From an uncultured virus (IMG/VR IMGVR_UViG_3300042691_048032) (lineage: Duplodnaviria; Heunggongvirae; Uroviricota; Caudoviricetes): a stretch of DNA of 64,000 nt. The number at the start of each line of letters is the position of its first letter. Positions within the stretch are counted from its first letter, which is position 1. This document shows, one piece after another, positions 16,541 to 28,200 of the stretch. A model generated the notes under the pieces. It had not been told where the DNA came from. It was given only the letters and a program-made list of their open reading frames with translations, and did no database searches. The DNA is taken from IMG/VR virus record IMGVR_UViG_3300042691_048032, one strand, 5' to 3'. Made by a program: the position numbers and the translations under genes.

Positions 16541-19339
16541 ATGGACGCCGACAGGCGCATCGAGACCGCCAGGGCGCGGTCATCCTTCGCATCCGAGTCG
16601 AGGCTCGTCGCCAAGAGGGACGAACCGATGCTCGCCGACAACCCCGAGTGCGACTTCGCGCCGGTCGACACCAAGGATCGCTGGGACATCAAGTCCGAGG
16701 CGATCGCGTCGGCTGTCTCCACGAGGACGAGGCAACTCGTCGAGTCGCTCCTCGCTAAGGCGGCGCGCCCCGGGATCGGCGCTATGAACGCCGTCAAGAA
16801 GGGCGTGGCCGTCGTCGACGAGGACGGCAGGCTGCGCTGCCCCCCGGGAACCCCGAACGCCATGGAGTTCACCGACAACCTCGGGACCAACTGTGGCATC
16901 CCCGGCGCGAGGGTCGCCGCGTCGTCGATCGGCACCGTCGCCGGAGTCGTCGGGTCGGAGAAACTCCCGAGAATCGGCGCTTCCGAGATCGCCAAGAACA
17001 GGTCGGGGGAAGTGGCAAAGCGCTCCGCCCGCACCCTGCTCGCGGAGGGTACGAGGAAGTTCCTTTCAAGGAAGAAGGGCAAGGGCGAAGACTCCTCGGC
17101 GTGGAGGGAGGCTTTCAGTTCCCTGAGCAGCCCCGGCGAGGGTTTCTCGTTCGACATCGTTCTCGGCGAGAACGCAACGGACGGGTACGCAATAGCGAGG
17201 CCGGGCAGGGGTATCGCCGTGATGGCGGAAGGGCTGTTCGACGAGAACGGCGAGCCGGCCGAGGAGGGGGCGGTTCAGTTGGCGAGGATGATCTCCGCAA
17301 ACGCCGACGAGATACTCACCCCAGCCAGCGTTGAAGTTGACGGAAAGAAAGTGACGGCCGAGAGGGTCGTCCTCGGTGGGTGGCACTCAGACAAGGCCCA
17401 CAATGCGTCCGGAGAACTCGTTGACATGGACGGAGTCGTCGTCACCGATGGCGATAAGGCCGCAGACCTCAACGAGGCGCGCGCGGCCGGGCTTGAGGTG
17501 TACGGGTTCGTCTACTTTGACGTGTCGGACGTGTTCTCGGAGGACATTGGCGACACGGGTGCGCACGAGATCGGCAAAGCAAGGAATCAACAGTCCGTCG
17601 CCAACCTCAGGCTCATCGGCGAGGGCAACTTCGACGGGGTCAACATCGACGACATCAACAACGGTCTGACCGGGGCTTTCATTGACACCAGCGGCACGGG
17701 GGCCGACCTCCTGCCCGAGGACGCCTTCGACAGGACGGTTGCGTCAGCCGTAAGGGCGTTTGCCAAGGACGGGCCGCTGGAGAAGGCGATCGGCTCGATC
17801 GGCGGGATGACCATGGACATGGACAACTTCACCCCGGAGCAGGTGGAGCAAATGCTCGGCTACCTGAGGCGGGCGCCCGGCTTCGAGTGGATCGACCCGA
17901 GCGACGAGTCCCACATGGCCGCCGCCATCTCCCAACTCGCCGACAACCTCGTGTTCCTGATGGATCAGACGACCGAAGACCAGCGCAAGACGTGGTCTAG
18001 GTGGTACGACATCGCGAAGTCATTCAACGACAGGGTGGCCAAGGAGACGGGGGTGTCCGAAAGGACGATGGCGGCGGTCATCGCCTCACTGTCGCCCCAG
18101 AAGGACTGGGACCAGAACACGGCGATGGCGGAGCACCTTGCACGCCTCCTGTCGGACGAGGACATCGAGCTGTCGGAGCGGGTTTCCGAACTCGCCCACC
18201 GGTACGCCCTCGCGGAATGGTTGAGGCGACAGGGGACAGGCAGGGGGAGTTACGGGGGCAGGATCTCGGGGCTGGAGAAGAAGATCTCCGAATCGGAGGC
18301 CAAGATCAAGGCTGCTTCCGGCAAGGACGACAGAGGGTCGGTAAGGACAGTCGCTGGCGAGACCGCCAAGATCGCCAAGATGAGGGCGGAGGTAGACGAC
18401 ATCACCCGCGAGATGGACGCGGACAAGGAACCGGTACTGGGCGACTTCCTCGGTCGCAACCTGATGGGCATGAGCGACCTCAATGCCTCGGCCGCCATCC
18501 GCGCCCACTCGGAACTCGAGGGTGGTGCCTATCTCGGTATGCCCGACTCCCCGCCGAAGACGAAGAAGAAGGGCGAAGAACAGGCATCTATGTCAAGATT
18601 GCGCCCGTACACCACCGTGTTCGGGGACGGTGCCCCAGGCGACCACACCCTCGTCCCCAAGGACGGGACGGTGATGGCGACGTCCTTCGCTACCTATGCG
18701 ACGGCCGTGAAGTTGTTCAGGTCCGATGGCGACCCGGCGACGATCGACAGGCTCCTGAACGGGAGCAAGGTGAGGTCGTTCTTTACCAACATCCTCATGC
18801 CCAACGACGAGACAAACAGGGATGTCACCATCGACACCCATGCAGTGGCGGCCGAACTCCTGACCCCCGTCAGCGCCAATCACATCATCACCGACCTTGC
18901 CTTCACGCATGTTGACGGCCTTGGTACGGCGAGGGCCTACCCCGCCATGAGGGCCGCGATGATCGCCGCGGCGATCAGGTGGCAGGATAAGACGGGTGAG
19001 AAGTACCTGCCGAGGCAGATCCAGTCCATCACGTGGGAGAAAATGCGGGACTTGATCCCGCCGTCAACGAAGAAGTTCGTTGTCGACAGGATGGCCCAGC
19101 TGCAGTCGCTCGCCAACGGCCCCAAGGCCGACCCGAGGTTCATCGGCGCGAAGAAGGGCGAGGCGGTCCTTCGGTTGGTTCGTGCCGCGACGATAGACCT
19201 GAAGCAGGCCGCGGAGGCGAGGGGCAAGAAGGTGACCAGGGAGCAGTTGTTGCTGGAGGTCGCCCAAGACCTCGGCCTCCCCGTCGGCGTCACGAAACTC
19301 CCGAGGGCGAGTAAGGCGGCCGCCCCAGAAGAAGTTTGA
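16541..19339 (+). CDS. large multidomain protein with SAM-lyase-like and HhH-glycosylase-like (DUF7178-type) regions
   Basis: LGGW...YFDVS...AHEIGKARNQQSV; WYDIA...VIASLSPQKDWDQN...KVRSFFTNI...VTIDTHA...QIQSITW. Confidence 0.6.
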   Translation: MDADRRIETARARSSFASESRLVAKRDEPMLADNPECDFAPVDTKDRWDIKSEAIASAVSTRTRQLVESLLAKAARPGIGAMNAVKKGVAVVDEDGRLRCPPGTPNAMEFTDNLGTNCGIPGARVAASSIGTVAGVVGSEKLPRIGASEIAKNRSGEVAKRSARTLLAEGTRKFLSRKKGKGEDSSAWREAFSSLSSPGEGFSFDIVLGENATDGYAIARPGRGIAVMAEGLFDENGEPAEEGAVQLARMISANADEILTPASVEVDGKKVTAERVVLGGWHSDKAHNASGELVDMDGVVVTDGDKAADLNEARAAGLEVYGFVYFDVSDVFSEDIGDTGAHEIGKARNQQSVANLRLIGEGNFDGVNIDDINNGLTGAFIDTSGTGADLLPEDAFDRTVASAVRAFAKDGPLEKAIGSIGGMTMDMDNFTPEQVEQMLGYLRRAPGFEWIDPSDESHMAAAISQLADNLVFLMDQTTEDQRKTWSRWYDIAKSFNDRVAKETGVSERTMAAVIASLSPQKDWDQNTAMAEHLARLLSDEDIELSERVSELAHRYALAEWLRRQGTGRGSYGGRISGLEKKISESEAKIKAASGKDDRGSVRTVAGETAKIAKMRAEVDDITREMDADKEPVLGDFLGRNLMGMSDLNASAAIRAHSELEGGAYLGMPDSPPKTKKKGEEQASMSRLRPYTTVFGDGAPGDHTLVPKDGTVMATSFATYATAVKLFRSDGDPATIDRLLNGSKVRSFFTNILMPNDETNRDVTIDTHAVAAELLTPVSANHIITDLAFTHVDGLGTARAYPAMRAAMIAAAIRWQDKTGEKYLPRQIQSITWEKMRDLIPPSTKKFVVDRMAQLQSLANGPKADPRFIGAKKGEAVLRLVRAATIDLKQAAEARGKKVTREQLLLEVAQDLGLPVGVTKLPRASKAAAPEEV

Positions 19340-19392
19340 CGGCTTGAATAAGTGTGCGTATCATTGACACCTGGCGACAGGGAGGAGAACCC

Positions 19393-19635
19393 ATGAACCG
19401 AGACGAAGAACCCCTCGACCACTACGACGACGACCCGTTCCACGACGTGCCGCCGCTCGGGGCGACTGACGAGGAAATGCTCGCCATGCAGGACGACGAG
19501 GACTTCCTCGCGCGTCTCCGGAAAGGCCGCGGCAACATAGACACGGACGAGGAGTTCGCCGCGCTCACCAAGCGCTTCAAGAATCGTCTCTCCGAGACCA
19601 TCGTTGCCAACAGGGAGGAATACGAAAATGGCTGA
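19393..19635 (+). CDS. small acidic protein (candidate immunity/partner)
   Basis: GGAGGAG RBS; D/E-rich. Confidence 0.7.
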   Translation: MNRDEEPLDHYDDDPFHDVPPLGATDEEMLAMQDDEDFLARLRKGRGNIDTDEEFAALTKRFKNRLSETIVANREEYENG

Positions 19636-19771
19636 TAGGAAGGGCAAGAAGAAAGCATCCGTCATCAGGATCGACGACTTTCGGGACCTTTCCGAGAAGG
19701 AGCAGGTGGGGCGCGTGAAGGACATGCTCCGCTCCCTCGGCAAGCCCGGCGGGAACGCCAAGCGGGACTAG
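19628..19771 (+). CDS. 47-aa basic protein (not in the ORF track)
   Basis: Manual translation MADRKGKKKASVIRIDDFRDLSEKEQVGRVKDMLRSLGK...; overlaps the upstream stop. Confidence 0.55.
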   Translation: MADRKGKKKASVIRIDDFRDLSEKEQVGRVKDMLRSLGKPGGNAKRD

Positions 19772-19781
19772 GATTCGCCCC

Positions 19782-21950
19782 GTGCGCACCGAGAAGATCG
19801 TCACCAGCGACCCCTACGCGGTCGTGGGCTCCGCCGTGAAGACGGTGTCTGCGACCTCCGTGCGGTCCAAGGCCGACTGCGGGTGCGGTTGTGGCGACAA
19901 GGGCAATACCGCAACGGTTGGGGCGGTATCGCGCGGGAGGATCAACCCCGACAGGGTCGCGCTCTCGCACCTCGCCAAGGGCATCGGCCCGATAGCCGGT
20001 CGCAAGAACATCGTCGACCTCAAGGTGGCCCTGAGGATCGCCGACGAGTCGGACTCGAGGACGCCCTTGCACGGCCCCGACGAGATGGTCCTGCCCGTCA
20101 GGTCAAGCCTCGTCGGCACCAAGACCGGACTTGTTTCTTCCCGCAGTAGGGCGGGCAGGGCGGCGCAGGCACTCGCCTCCTATGTCATACCCGGCGACAT
20201 GTCGAGGGTGAGGAGCCCCATCAGGTCAACCGTGTACCGCGCGCTGACGCCGGGTGGTGGCAGGGGCGGTCTCGTCGGCCGCATCGGCGGTGAGCAGATA
20301 ATCAACAGGTGTCCCCCGGGTTTCGAGCACGGCGGCAGGTTCGCAAACTCCACGTTCACGAACTGCGGGAGCCAACTCTTCGAGGCGGTCCAGGCGATAG
20401 CCGAGGCGGCCCAGGGAGCCGGGCGGGCCGGGCGATTGAGGGTCGACAACACGCCGGCGCCCTCGATCCTGCGCGGGGCACGAGTGTCCGCGGGCAAGTA
20501 CACCGGCGACGCAATCGCCATCTCCAGGGCCGCAAACGTCGCCCGCATGGGTGCGCCGTCGCCGAAGAAGAGGGACGAGTCAGTAAGGGCGGTCGTTTCC
20601 GCTGCCAACTCGTCCGAATCGGCCTTCTCAAGACTGGTGCGGGCCGACGGTGTCGTGTTCAGCCCGGTAAGCGACCTCAAGAGGATCGCGAAACAGCGCA
20701 AGAACCCCGACATGGAGGGTGCGACGTGGGTGACCGCACTCAACTCGCCCCAATCCATCGGCGGCGACGAGGTGGCCCTCCTCGGGGCCGGCATCAGGAG
20801 CATCAGGTACGCGGTCCCCGGGGACGGCGAGATCAGGGTGGACTCCACGAAGCCGCTCGGCCAGGCGCGGATCAACGCCCTCATCAGGAAGATGCAGGCG
20901 GCCCGCTCCAAGGGCGACGAGAACGGCTCGGCGCTGAGGGCCATGGTGCGAGAGTCCAACGGCGACCTCGTCTACTCGGAGTCATTCCCCAACGTCGACA
21001 AACCCAACGAGATGGTCGTGATCGCCAGGGGCAAGGAGAGGCGCACCGTGCCGAGGTGGGTGTACGAGGCTTGGTACTCCGACAAGTCGTCGGGCAAGGA
21101 CAAGTCCTCCGGCTGGACCGTGGTCGACACCGTCACCAATGTCTCCTCGCAGAACGAGGTCGGGGCGAACGTGGTCGCCGAGGCGACCGCCGAGTCGTTG
21201 TCGGCGCTCTCTTCGTTCGACAGGGGCAAGGCCATCGCCAAGGGCAAGTCATCCGACTTCGGCGCGGGCAGGAAGTCCGTTCTCATGAAGGACGGGACGA
21301 ACTGGGTCGTCCACCAGCCCGACCAGGACTCACACATCGGTGTTGTTGTCGGCAACGACATCGCAACGGCACTGGGCCTGCAGGCCCCGAACTCGTACAT
21401 CGCCGGCGATGCCAAGTCAAGGTACGCGGTCGTGGAGTCGCCGAACGAACTGAACGGCGTCAAGATCTCCAAGGACGGCTCCACGGCGGACATCCCCGGC
21501 GAGGAGCTGGCGAGGATCGCCCTCGTTGACTACCTCACGGACAACAGAGGACGAACCCCGGCGACGGTCCTCCCGTCCAAGGGCAAGGGCAACGGCGCGG
21601 TTTCGATGTCGTCGCCGAGGAACGCCCTCGCCGGGCGCGGGGGTGCGAAGAAGCCCGCGGACGCCGGGTTCGCCGACTACCTGAAGCAGGACGGCTCGAG
21701 CAAGTGGCTCGCCGAGAAAGCCGCGAAGATGGAGAGCGTGAGGCAGAAGATCGCCGCCATGTACGAACAACTCCTTGAGCGTGCCGAGCAGTTTGACTGG
21801 GATGCGTACATCGACAGGCTGTCGATCGCCGGCCTGACCGACGGCGAGAAGACCCACCTCGACACAATCAAGGTTCTGTACGAGTACAGGCTGAAGCAGA
21901 TGAGGTCGTCCAGGAAGTCGTTCCTCACGACCCTGGGGGTCGTGTCGTGA
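19782..21950 (+). CDS. large protein with C-terminal degenerate HipA/PI3K-like kinase fold
   Basis: VGNDIATALGLQAP...LARIALVDYLTDNRGRTPATV (catalytic DR-x-x-x-N motif degenerate). Confidence 0.6.
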   Translation: MRTEKIVTSDPYAVVGSAVKTVSATSVRSKADCGCGCGDKGNTATVGAVSRGRINPDRVALSHLAKGIGPIAGRKNIVDLKVALRIADESDSRTPLHGPDEMVLPVRSSLVGTKTGLVSSRSRAGRAAQALASYVIPGDMSRVRSPIRSTVYRALTPGGGRGGLVGRIGGEQIINRCPPGFEHGGRFANSTFTNCGSQLFEAVQAIAEAAQGAGRAGRLRVDNTPAPSILRGARVSAGKYTGDAIAISRAANVARMGAPSPKKRDESVRAVVSAANSSESAFSRLVRADGVVFSPVSDLKRIAKQRKNPDMEGATWVTALNSPQSIGGDEVALLGAGIRSIRYAVPGDGEIRVDSTKPLGQARINALIRKMQAARSKGDENGSALRAMVRESNGDLVYSESFPNVDKPNEMVVIARGKERRTVPRWVYEAWYSDKSSGKDKSSGWTVVDTVTNVSSQNEVGANVVAEATAESLSALSSFDRGKAIAKGKSSDFGAGRKSVLMKDGTNWVVHQPDQDSHIGVVVGNDIATALGLQAPNSYIAGDAKSRYAVVESPNELNGVKISKDGSTADIPGEELARIALVDYLTDNRGRTPATVLPSKGKGNGAVSMSSPRNALAGRGGAKKPADAGFADYLKQDGSSKWLAEKAAKMESVRQKIAAMYEQLLERAEQFDWDAYIDRLSIAGLTDGEKTHLDTIKVLYEYRLKQMRSSRKSFLTTLGVVS

Positions 21951-22231
21951 GAAAGGTCGCGTTCGTCAACAACGCCGACGGGGGCAAGTTCGCCATCCTC
22001 GTTGAGGGCGACGGGGGCGTGGACGCCATCGGGTTGTCGGGGCACGGCAAGGAGTGGGCCGCCTGGGTGGATGGTCTGCCGTTCAGGGAGCGCAGGCTCA
22101 TAAGCGACGTCCTGTGGTCCCTCTCCGAGGCGCAGTCCGTGGACGGGCCGCGAGTCCCGACCAGGACCGAGCGCACCGAGATCACCACCGTCATAAACGG
22201 GCAACAGGCGACCCGGCTGTCAGGCACTTGA
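21947..22231 (+). CDS. small hypothetical protein
   Basis: GTGA coupling to the pseudokinase gene. Confidence 0.7.
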   Translation: MRKVAFVNNADGGKFAILVEGDGGVDAIGLSGHGKEWAAWVDGLPFRERRLISDVLWSLSEAQSVDGPRVPTRTERTEITTVINGQQATRLSGT

Positions 22232-22297
22232 CATGGGCGCCACCGCGCCGGTGGTAGTGTCCTCTCGTCAAGTAACTGCTCAGGGCACAGCGGGGTC

Positions 22298-25200
22298 ATG
22301 CGGAAATCACGAGTCGAGTTCTCCGTCCTCAATCGCAAGGCGGCAATAGAAGCGTCATCCGTCGCCCTCGGCGTGCGGATGGCCAGCCGACTCTCGACGG
22401 GGCGCACGACCGCCTTCTCCCACTCCACCAAGGGAGTCCCCTTCGTCCATACGGAGCAGATTGCGTTCTCGTCCAGCAGGCCGAGCGACCGCGTCCACCA
22501 GGAGAGGTTGGAAATACTCGTCAAGTCGGCGGACGCCGAGATCGCACAGGCACGCCTACGGGTCGGCTCCGCGGAACCCCAGATCCTCCTCTGGCCCGAG
22601 AGGGACGGATCATTCGACTTCAAGAAACTCGCGTCCATCGGAAGGCGTGGCAAGAGGACCGCACAGGGCTTCGACCCCAACGCCGAGGACGCCGACGGCG
22701 ACATGCTCGTCCAGGACGGTACGCCGTGGGAGCGACCCAAGGTCCCCGGCGCATCCAAGCGTGGCAGGCGCAAGCCCGGCAAGACTCGGGTCGCCGTCGC
22801 CTCCGGCCTCGAGAGGGTCGCTGACAGGATCGACGAAGCGGCGGAGAGGCGCAGATCCCGCAGGGAGGAGCGCGGTTCGCTCAGGGAGAGGATCGCCGGC
22901 CGTCTCGAGGGAGCTGCCGACAGGCTCGACAAGAAGCCCGGCCAGAAGCCGAAGAAGGTGAGGAGGTCGCCCGGCGAGGCGTTCGGCGACTACCTGTACG
23001 GCACCGACCGGGTGAAGCCGTCGAGGGAGAGGCCCGAGGAACCGGGGGTCGCCGACGAAACCGTGGCGCCCGAAACCCCGTCCGCACCCGAGAAGCCCGA
23101 CGCCGAGGTCAAACCCGAGAAGCCGAAGACACCCGTAGAGGACGTCACGACGACCGCGACCGCCAAGGAGAAGTTGCCCGGCAGGGTCATCGGCAAGCCC
23201 GACGAGGACAAGTCGTTCGTCGCCGTGGCCGCCCGCAACGCGTCCGCGCGCAAGGAGGATGCGTACGGGAACGAGTCGCAAGCCGCATCCGTCGTCCACG
23301 TGGTGGAGAACGCCGACGGGAAGTTCGTCGCGGTGGACGACGAGAGGCTCTCCGCGATGGATGGAGCGAAGCCGTTGTTCACGTTCAGGGACGGCGGGCT
23401 GACCCACGTTGACGGCGAGAAGCGCAAGAAGAGCGGCAAGACCGTCACCAGCGAGCAGGTCGAGGCGGCCCCAGGCTGGTCGATGGACGAGACCTACAAG
23501 GGCTCCGCGATCGACCGTCTCTCCACGCTGGAGAACACGTACTTCTACAAGAACGGCGGGAAGCAGTTCGAGGAGGGCGAGAACGCCTACGTGATCGAGA
23601 CCTCCGACGGCAAGTTCTACATCGTCGACGAGGAGAAGATGCAGGCCCTCGGCGTGGAGCCGATCAGGGCCGAGAAGACCGGCAGGGGCGAGTTCATCTA
23701 CGGCACCGAGCCGAAGCAGGACTTCGTCCCCCGCAAGGTCGAGGAGCCCAAGCCGGTCGGCGAGATCCCCGGCGAGCCGCCGATGGAGAAGCCGTCGCTC
23801 CCCGACGTGGCGGAGGACGCGAAGTCGCCCAAGTCGAAGAAGCCCAAGTTGAAGGGCAAGCAGGACGGCAAGTACAAGACCGAGAAGAACGCGGCGAAGA
23901 GGGCCGACCAGCTCTCGGCGGAGGACGGGAAGACCCGGCACGTCGTGGAGGCGCCTGGCGGTGGCTACGCAGTCGTCGACCAGGAACGCCTCGACGCCAT
24001 GGGCGTTGAGGCCGTGTCAACACACAACGGGAAGAAGATTGACACACCCGTGCCACAGGGCGAACCAGAACCCGGTTTCGTCCCCCCGACGGTGGAGGAG
24101 ACTGAAGACGTACCGGTCAACCTGCCCTCGTTCCTTCAGCCGAAGCCGGGGGAACAGGAGGCGGGTGCTGGGGGGATCAAGCCGCCCGCAAAGTGGGATT
24201 GGGACGGAACGCGCGAATACGCCCAGTCGGCCATCGACGCGGCCGAAGAACTCGGCAAGCAGGGCAAGCTGGAGGAGTCAAGGGCCGTCGCCAAGGAGGC
24301 CAAGAAGAAGATCGCGGCCAACTACGCCGCCGACGAGACGACATCCGAGTCCCTCTCGGCCCTGCTCGATGAACTCGAGTACTACTCCAAGGCCAACAAG
24401 TCCCAGGTCTTGGCCAAGCTCAACGAAGACGACTCGCCCTACAGGCGATGGATGGACTTCGACTCCTCGTACAGCGAAGACTCCTCGTACGACTTGGACG
24501 AACTCAACGACGCCCTCAGGAACATCGAGGACGCCCGCAAGCAGTTGTCCGACCTCCCCAACGACGAGAAGCAGGCGCTGGACGAGTCCTACGACGACAT
24601 GATCAACCGCCTCATGGATTCCGAGGAGAAAATCGGCAAGAGGAGGGACCTGGAGGAGATCCTTCAGGAGGAAGAGGAGATCGCGTCCGCCGTCAAGGGA
24701 CCCGAGGCGAAGCCTGCCCCCGAGAAGCCCGACACCGCCGCCGGCAAGCCGCGCAAGACGATCGGCCTCGACACGGCGAAGAGCGTCATGGAGGAGCGCA
24801 TCTCCATCATCCGGGACATCGCCGAGATGGACGGCGAGGACGAGGAGGAGATCACCGACCAGGTCAAGCAGGCCTTCACGGAAACCTCCTCCTACCTCGA
24901 CACGATCGCCGCCAACTTCGACCAGATCGTCTTCGACACGCCCGGCAGCGTCGCGTCGTGGGCCGAGAGGATGCGAGAGCGCGCGGACGCCACGCCCGAC
25001 CCGCAGGAGGCCGACGCCTACAAGATCGTCGCCGAAGTCCTGGACGACAACCCCAACATGAGCAGCGCCGTCCAGGTGAAGATCCAGATCTCCGCGCTCT
25101 CCTTCGAGGTCATGTCGATGGGGGATAAGTACGAGCCCGGCGAGGACCTGCTCGGGAGCGGACCCACCAACGAATCCGTCACGAAGAAGCTCGATGAGGG

Positions 25201-28200
25201 CGCCGTCGGTCTTGCGGAAACGCTCAACGCGACGATGAGCGGCAAGTACGACGACGACACCATCGAGTCCATGCAGTCCACGTTCAAGGAAGCGGTCTAC
25301 GTCCTCGAGTCGCTCACGCCCGACGAGAAGGCCGTCATGGGCGACAACTACGACGCCGCGCTGGAAGGCGCCAAGAACAACATCGAGATCCTTGAGAGGT
25401 TGAAGGGGACCGGCGAGGACATCGGGGAAGTAGCCAAGAGGTTCTGGGAGGAGAAGGCCGAAATCCCCTCGCAGGGCGGCGACAACAACAAGGAGCAGGA
25501 AGTCCTCTCCAAGCTCGTCACCGACGGATGGCTTGACGAGAACGGCGACTTGAAGGCGACGACCGAGCAGGCGCAGGTCATGCTGAACGCCTACCGATCG
25601 GGCCTGCTGGACGGCTCATTCCCGCCCGAGACGATGGCTGCGGTCGTGGCGCTTGAGAAGGCCATCAAGGCGAAGGCCGACAAGGATCCGCTCGACGGGG
25701 ACTCACCGCTCCCGTACAAGACGTCGCAGTACATCGACGTGGCATCCCTTGAGGAGCAGGAGATCCCGGGCAGCGAGGGCGACATGTGGGATGTCGAGGG
25801 TCTCCAGGAGCAGTTCTCCGAGTTCATGGACCTGGCGAAGAAGGACCTCATCTCCTACTGGGCGGATCCCGAAAAGGGCGCTGGGGGCACCGTGTCCCTG
25901 ACGAAGTCCATGGACGACGACCAGGTCGAGCAGGAGTTCCTCAAGACCATCGCCGCCCTCGAGATGGCCGTCAATGCGGGTGTGGCGACGAACCCCGGCG
26001 GCGAGTTGCCGGTCGCCAAGCTCCAGCGGATCAAGACCCATTACCACAACTTCCAGGTGATGGCCGGCCGAGGAAAGTATTCGCCCGAGAACTCGCCCAA
26101 CCTGACGCCGATCGACAGGTTCAACCATCTCAGCCCATCCGGCCAGCAGTCCTTCCTCAAGGCGATGGAGAACAACTTCCGCGGGCTGGCCGCCGACGAC
26201 CCCGACATCTCGGAAGAGGAGATTGACGATGTCGTAAGAGAGGCCATGGTTGCCTACAACGGCATCTTGGGCAAGAAGGGCAAGGCGAAGAAGGCGAAGA
26301 AGGCGAAGCCGCCCGCCGAGCAGATGAAGGACTCTGTCGTCGACGGCCCCTCCCCCGAGCCGGCCAAGCCCAAGGCGGGCGGAAAGTCAATCAGGGTGGG
26401 GAACGGCGACACCCTCTCCGTCCTCTCCCCGGACGAGGCCGAGAAGGCCGGCGTCCCCAAGTTCGACCCGAACACGGAGGCGAAGTTCCCCGAGGGGCTG
26501 ATCGTCGGCTACATCGGGGGAGACGACCCAGACGAGGACGTCTCCGCCGCCATCATCGAGGCCCAACTGAAGGGCCACCAGCTCTTCATGCCCGGCGACT
26601 ACGAAGAGGGCTCGCTGTTCGCGTCCTCGTTCAGCACCAGCGACGGCAAGAGGGTCACCGTCCTGCTCGACAACAAGCACCCGGTCTGGGAATCCGAAGG
26701 GGGACTCGACGCGATCTTCCCCAACCTCTACGACCAGGCCGGGACCGGCGATGTCAGCAACTGGGTCAACCTCGGCGAACTGAGGCAGGACAAGTCCCCG
26801 AAGAAGGGCTCACCGCTCCACGGCAAGACCGTGGCCGACTTCGACTCCTCGGACGTCGAGGCGGCGTCGGTGAAGTTCGGCCCCGAGGCGATGGAACTCC
26901 GAGCCGCGATCAAGGCGCTCGGCGAGGACCCCTACAGCATCTTCGTCGACGACGCCACGGGCATGGCCGAGGACCTCGACAAGATCATGCAGGGCAGGTT
27001 CGGCCCGAACGGCGGCGTCCTCGTGAAGACCAAGGACGGCATGTACCACGTGGTGTCCCGGAACGACTGGCAGGAGATCACATCGGGCCTCTCGGACGAT
27101 GAGCGCGGGGAGATCGGCGAGGTCGTCCACTCCAGCAAGCCGGAGAGCATGAACTGGGCCCTGAAGAAGGACACGGGGACATGGTCGAACCCGTCGAAGA
27201 AGCTCTCCGACATCGACTGGGACTCAATCCCCAAGGACGAGGCCACGGAGGCCCTGAAGGCCTTCCTCGAGAACACGACGCAGGGCGGTGTTGGGCAGAT
27301 CGCCTTCGGGGACTCAATGAAGGCCGGTGGAATCTCGCACCCGTACGGGGGCCTCAGCGGCTACACGCTCCAGACGTTGATCGACGAACACCAGATGGCG
27401 TTCGACCAAGCCGGCGAGGAGTCCGACTCCCCAAACCCCTCCCACCCGCTGAACATCCACCAAGACGGCCGTTGGGGCGTGTTCGCGTTTGAGGTTGCGA
27501 ACCAGAGCGACCTCCCGGCCGCCGGCAAGCGCCCGGTCGTGATGCGCATCGGTGGCAAGGACCTCGACTTCGCGCTCAAGCACCCGGAGGTATTCGGCCA
27601 GCCCCTGCTCAGGTACGACAGAGACACCGCCCAGACGCTCGGCAACGCGTCCGACGGAACGGCCTCCGCCTCCTCCTTCACCGGGGACCTGTCGTCCGCG
27701 GTCGACGCGATGTTCGACGACAGCGTCGTCGGATCGGAGTTGTTGAAGAACGCCGTTGCGTGGCGCCTCAAGCTGGACAACAAGGCCTCCTCCTACGGCG
27801 GGGGCATCTCCAGCGTCGAGAAGGTCATCGGGGAAGCCGAAGACAGGCTGAAGGCCATGAGGGTGACGGTAGACGCCGCCAAGAAGATCGCCGCGGGGGA
27901 TCTGTCCAAGGACGAGGACTCCTTGACGCTGGACGACCTCAAGCCCTACCTGGCGCAGGTCTCCCCCGACATCGAGGATCCCGATGCCTTCGTCGGCAAA
28001 CTCAAGTCAACCGTTGTCCGGCTTGACGTCTCCAACCGCTATGCGGCCAACATGAGGATGGCCGAGCAAGACGGGCTCGAAACCGAGATCGGTCTCAAGG
28101 ACAGGCTCGCGAACAACCCCAAATCCGCCAAGGACATGGTCAACGAGGAGAAGGACGTCCAGAACCAACTCGACGCCGCCACGAAGGACCTGGACTCCGC

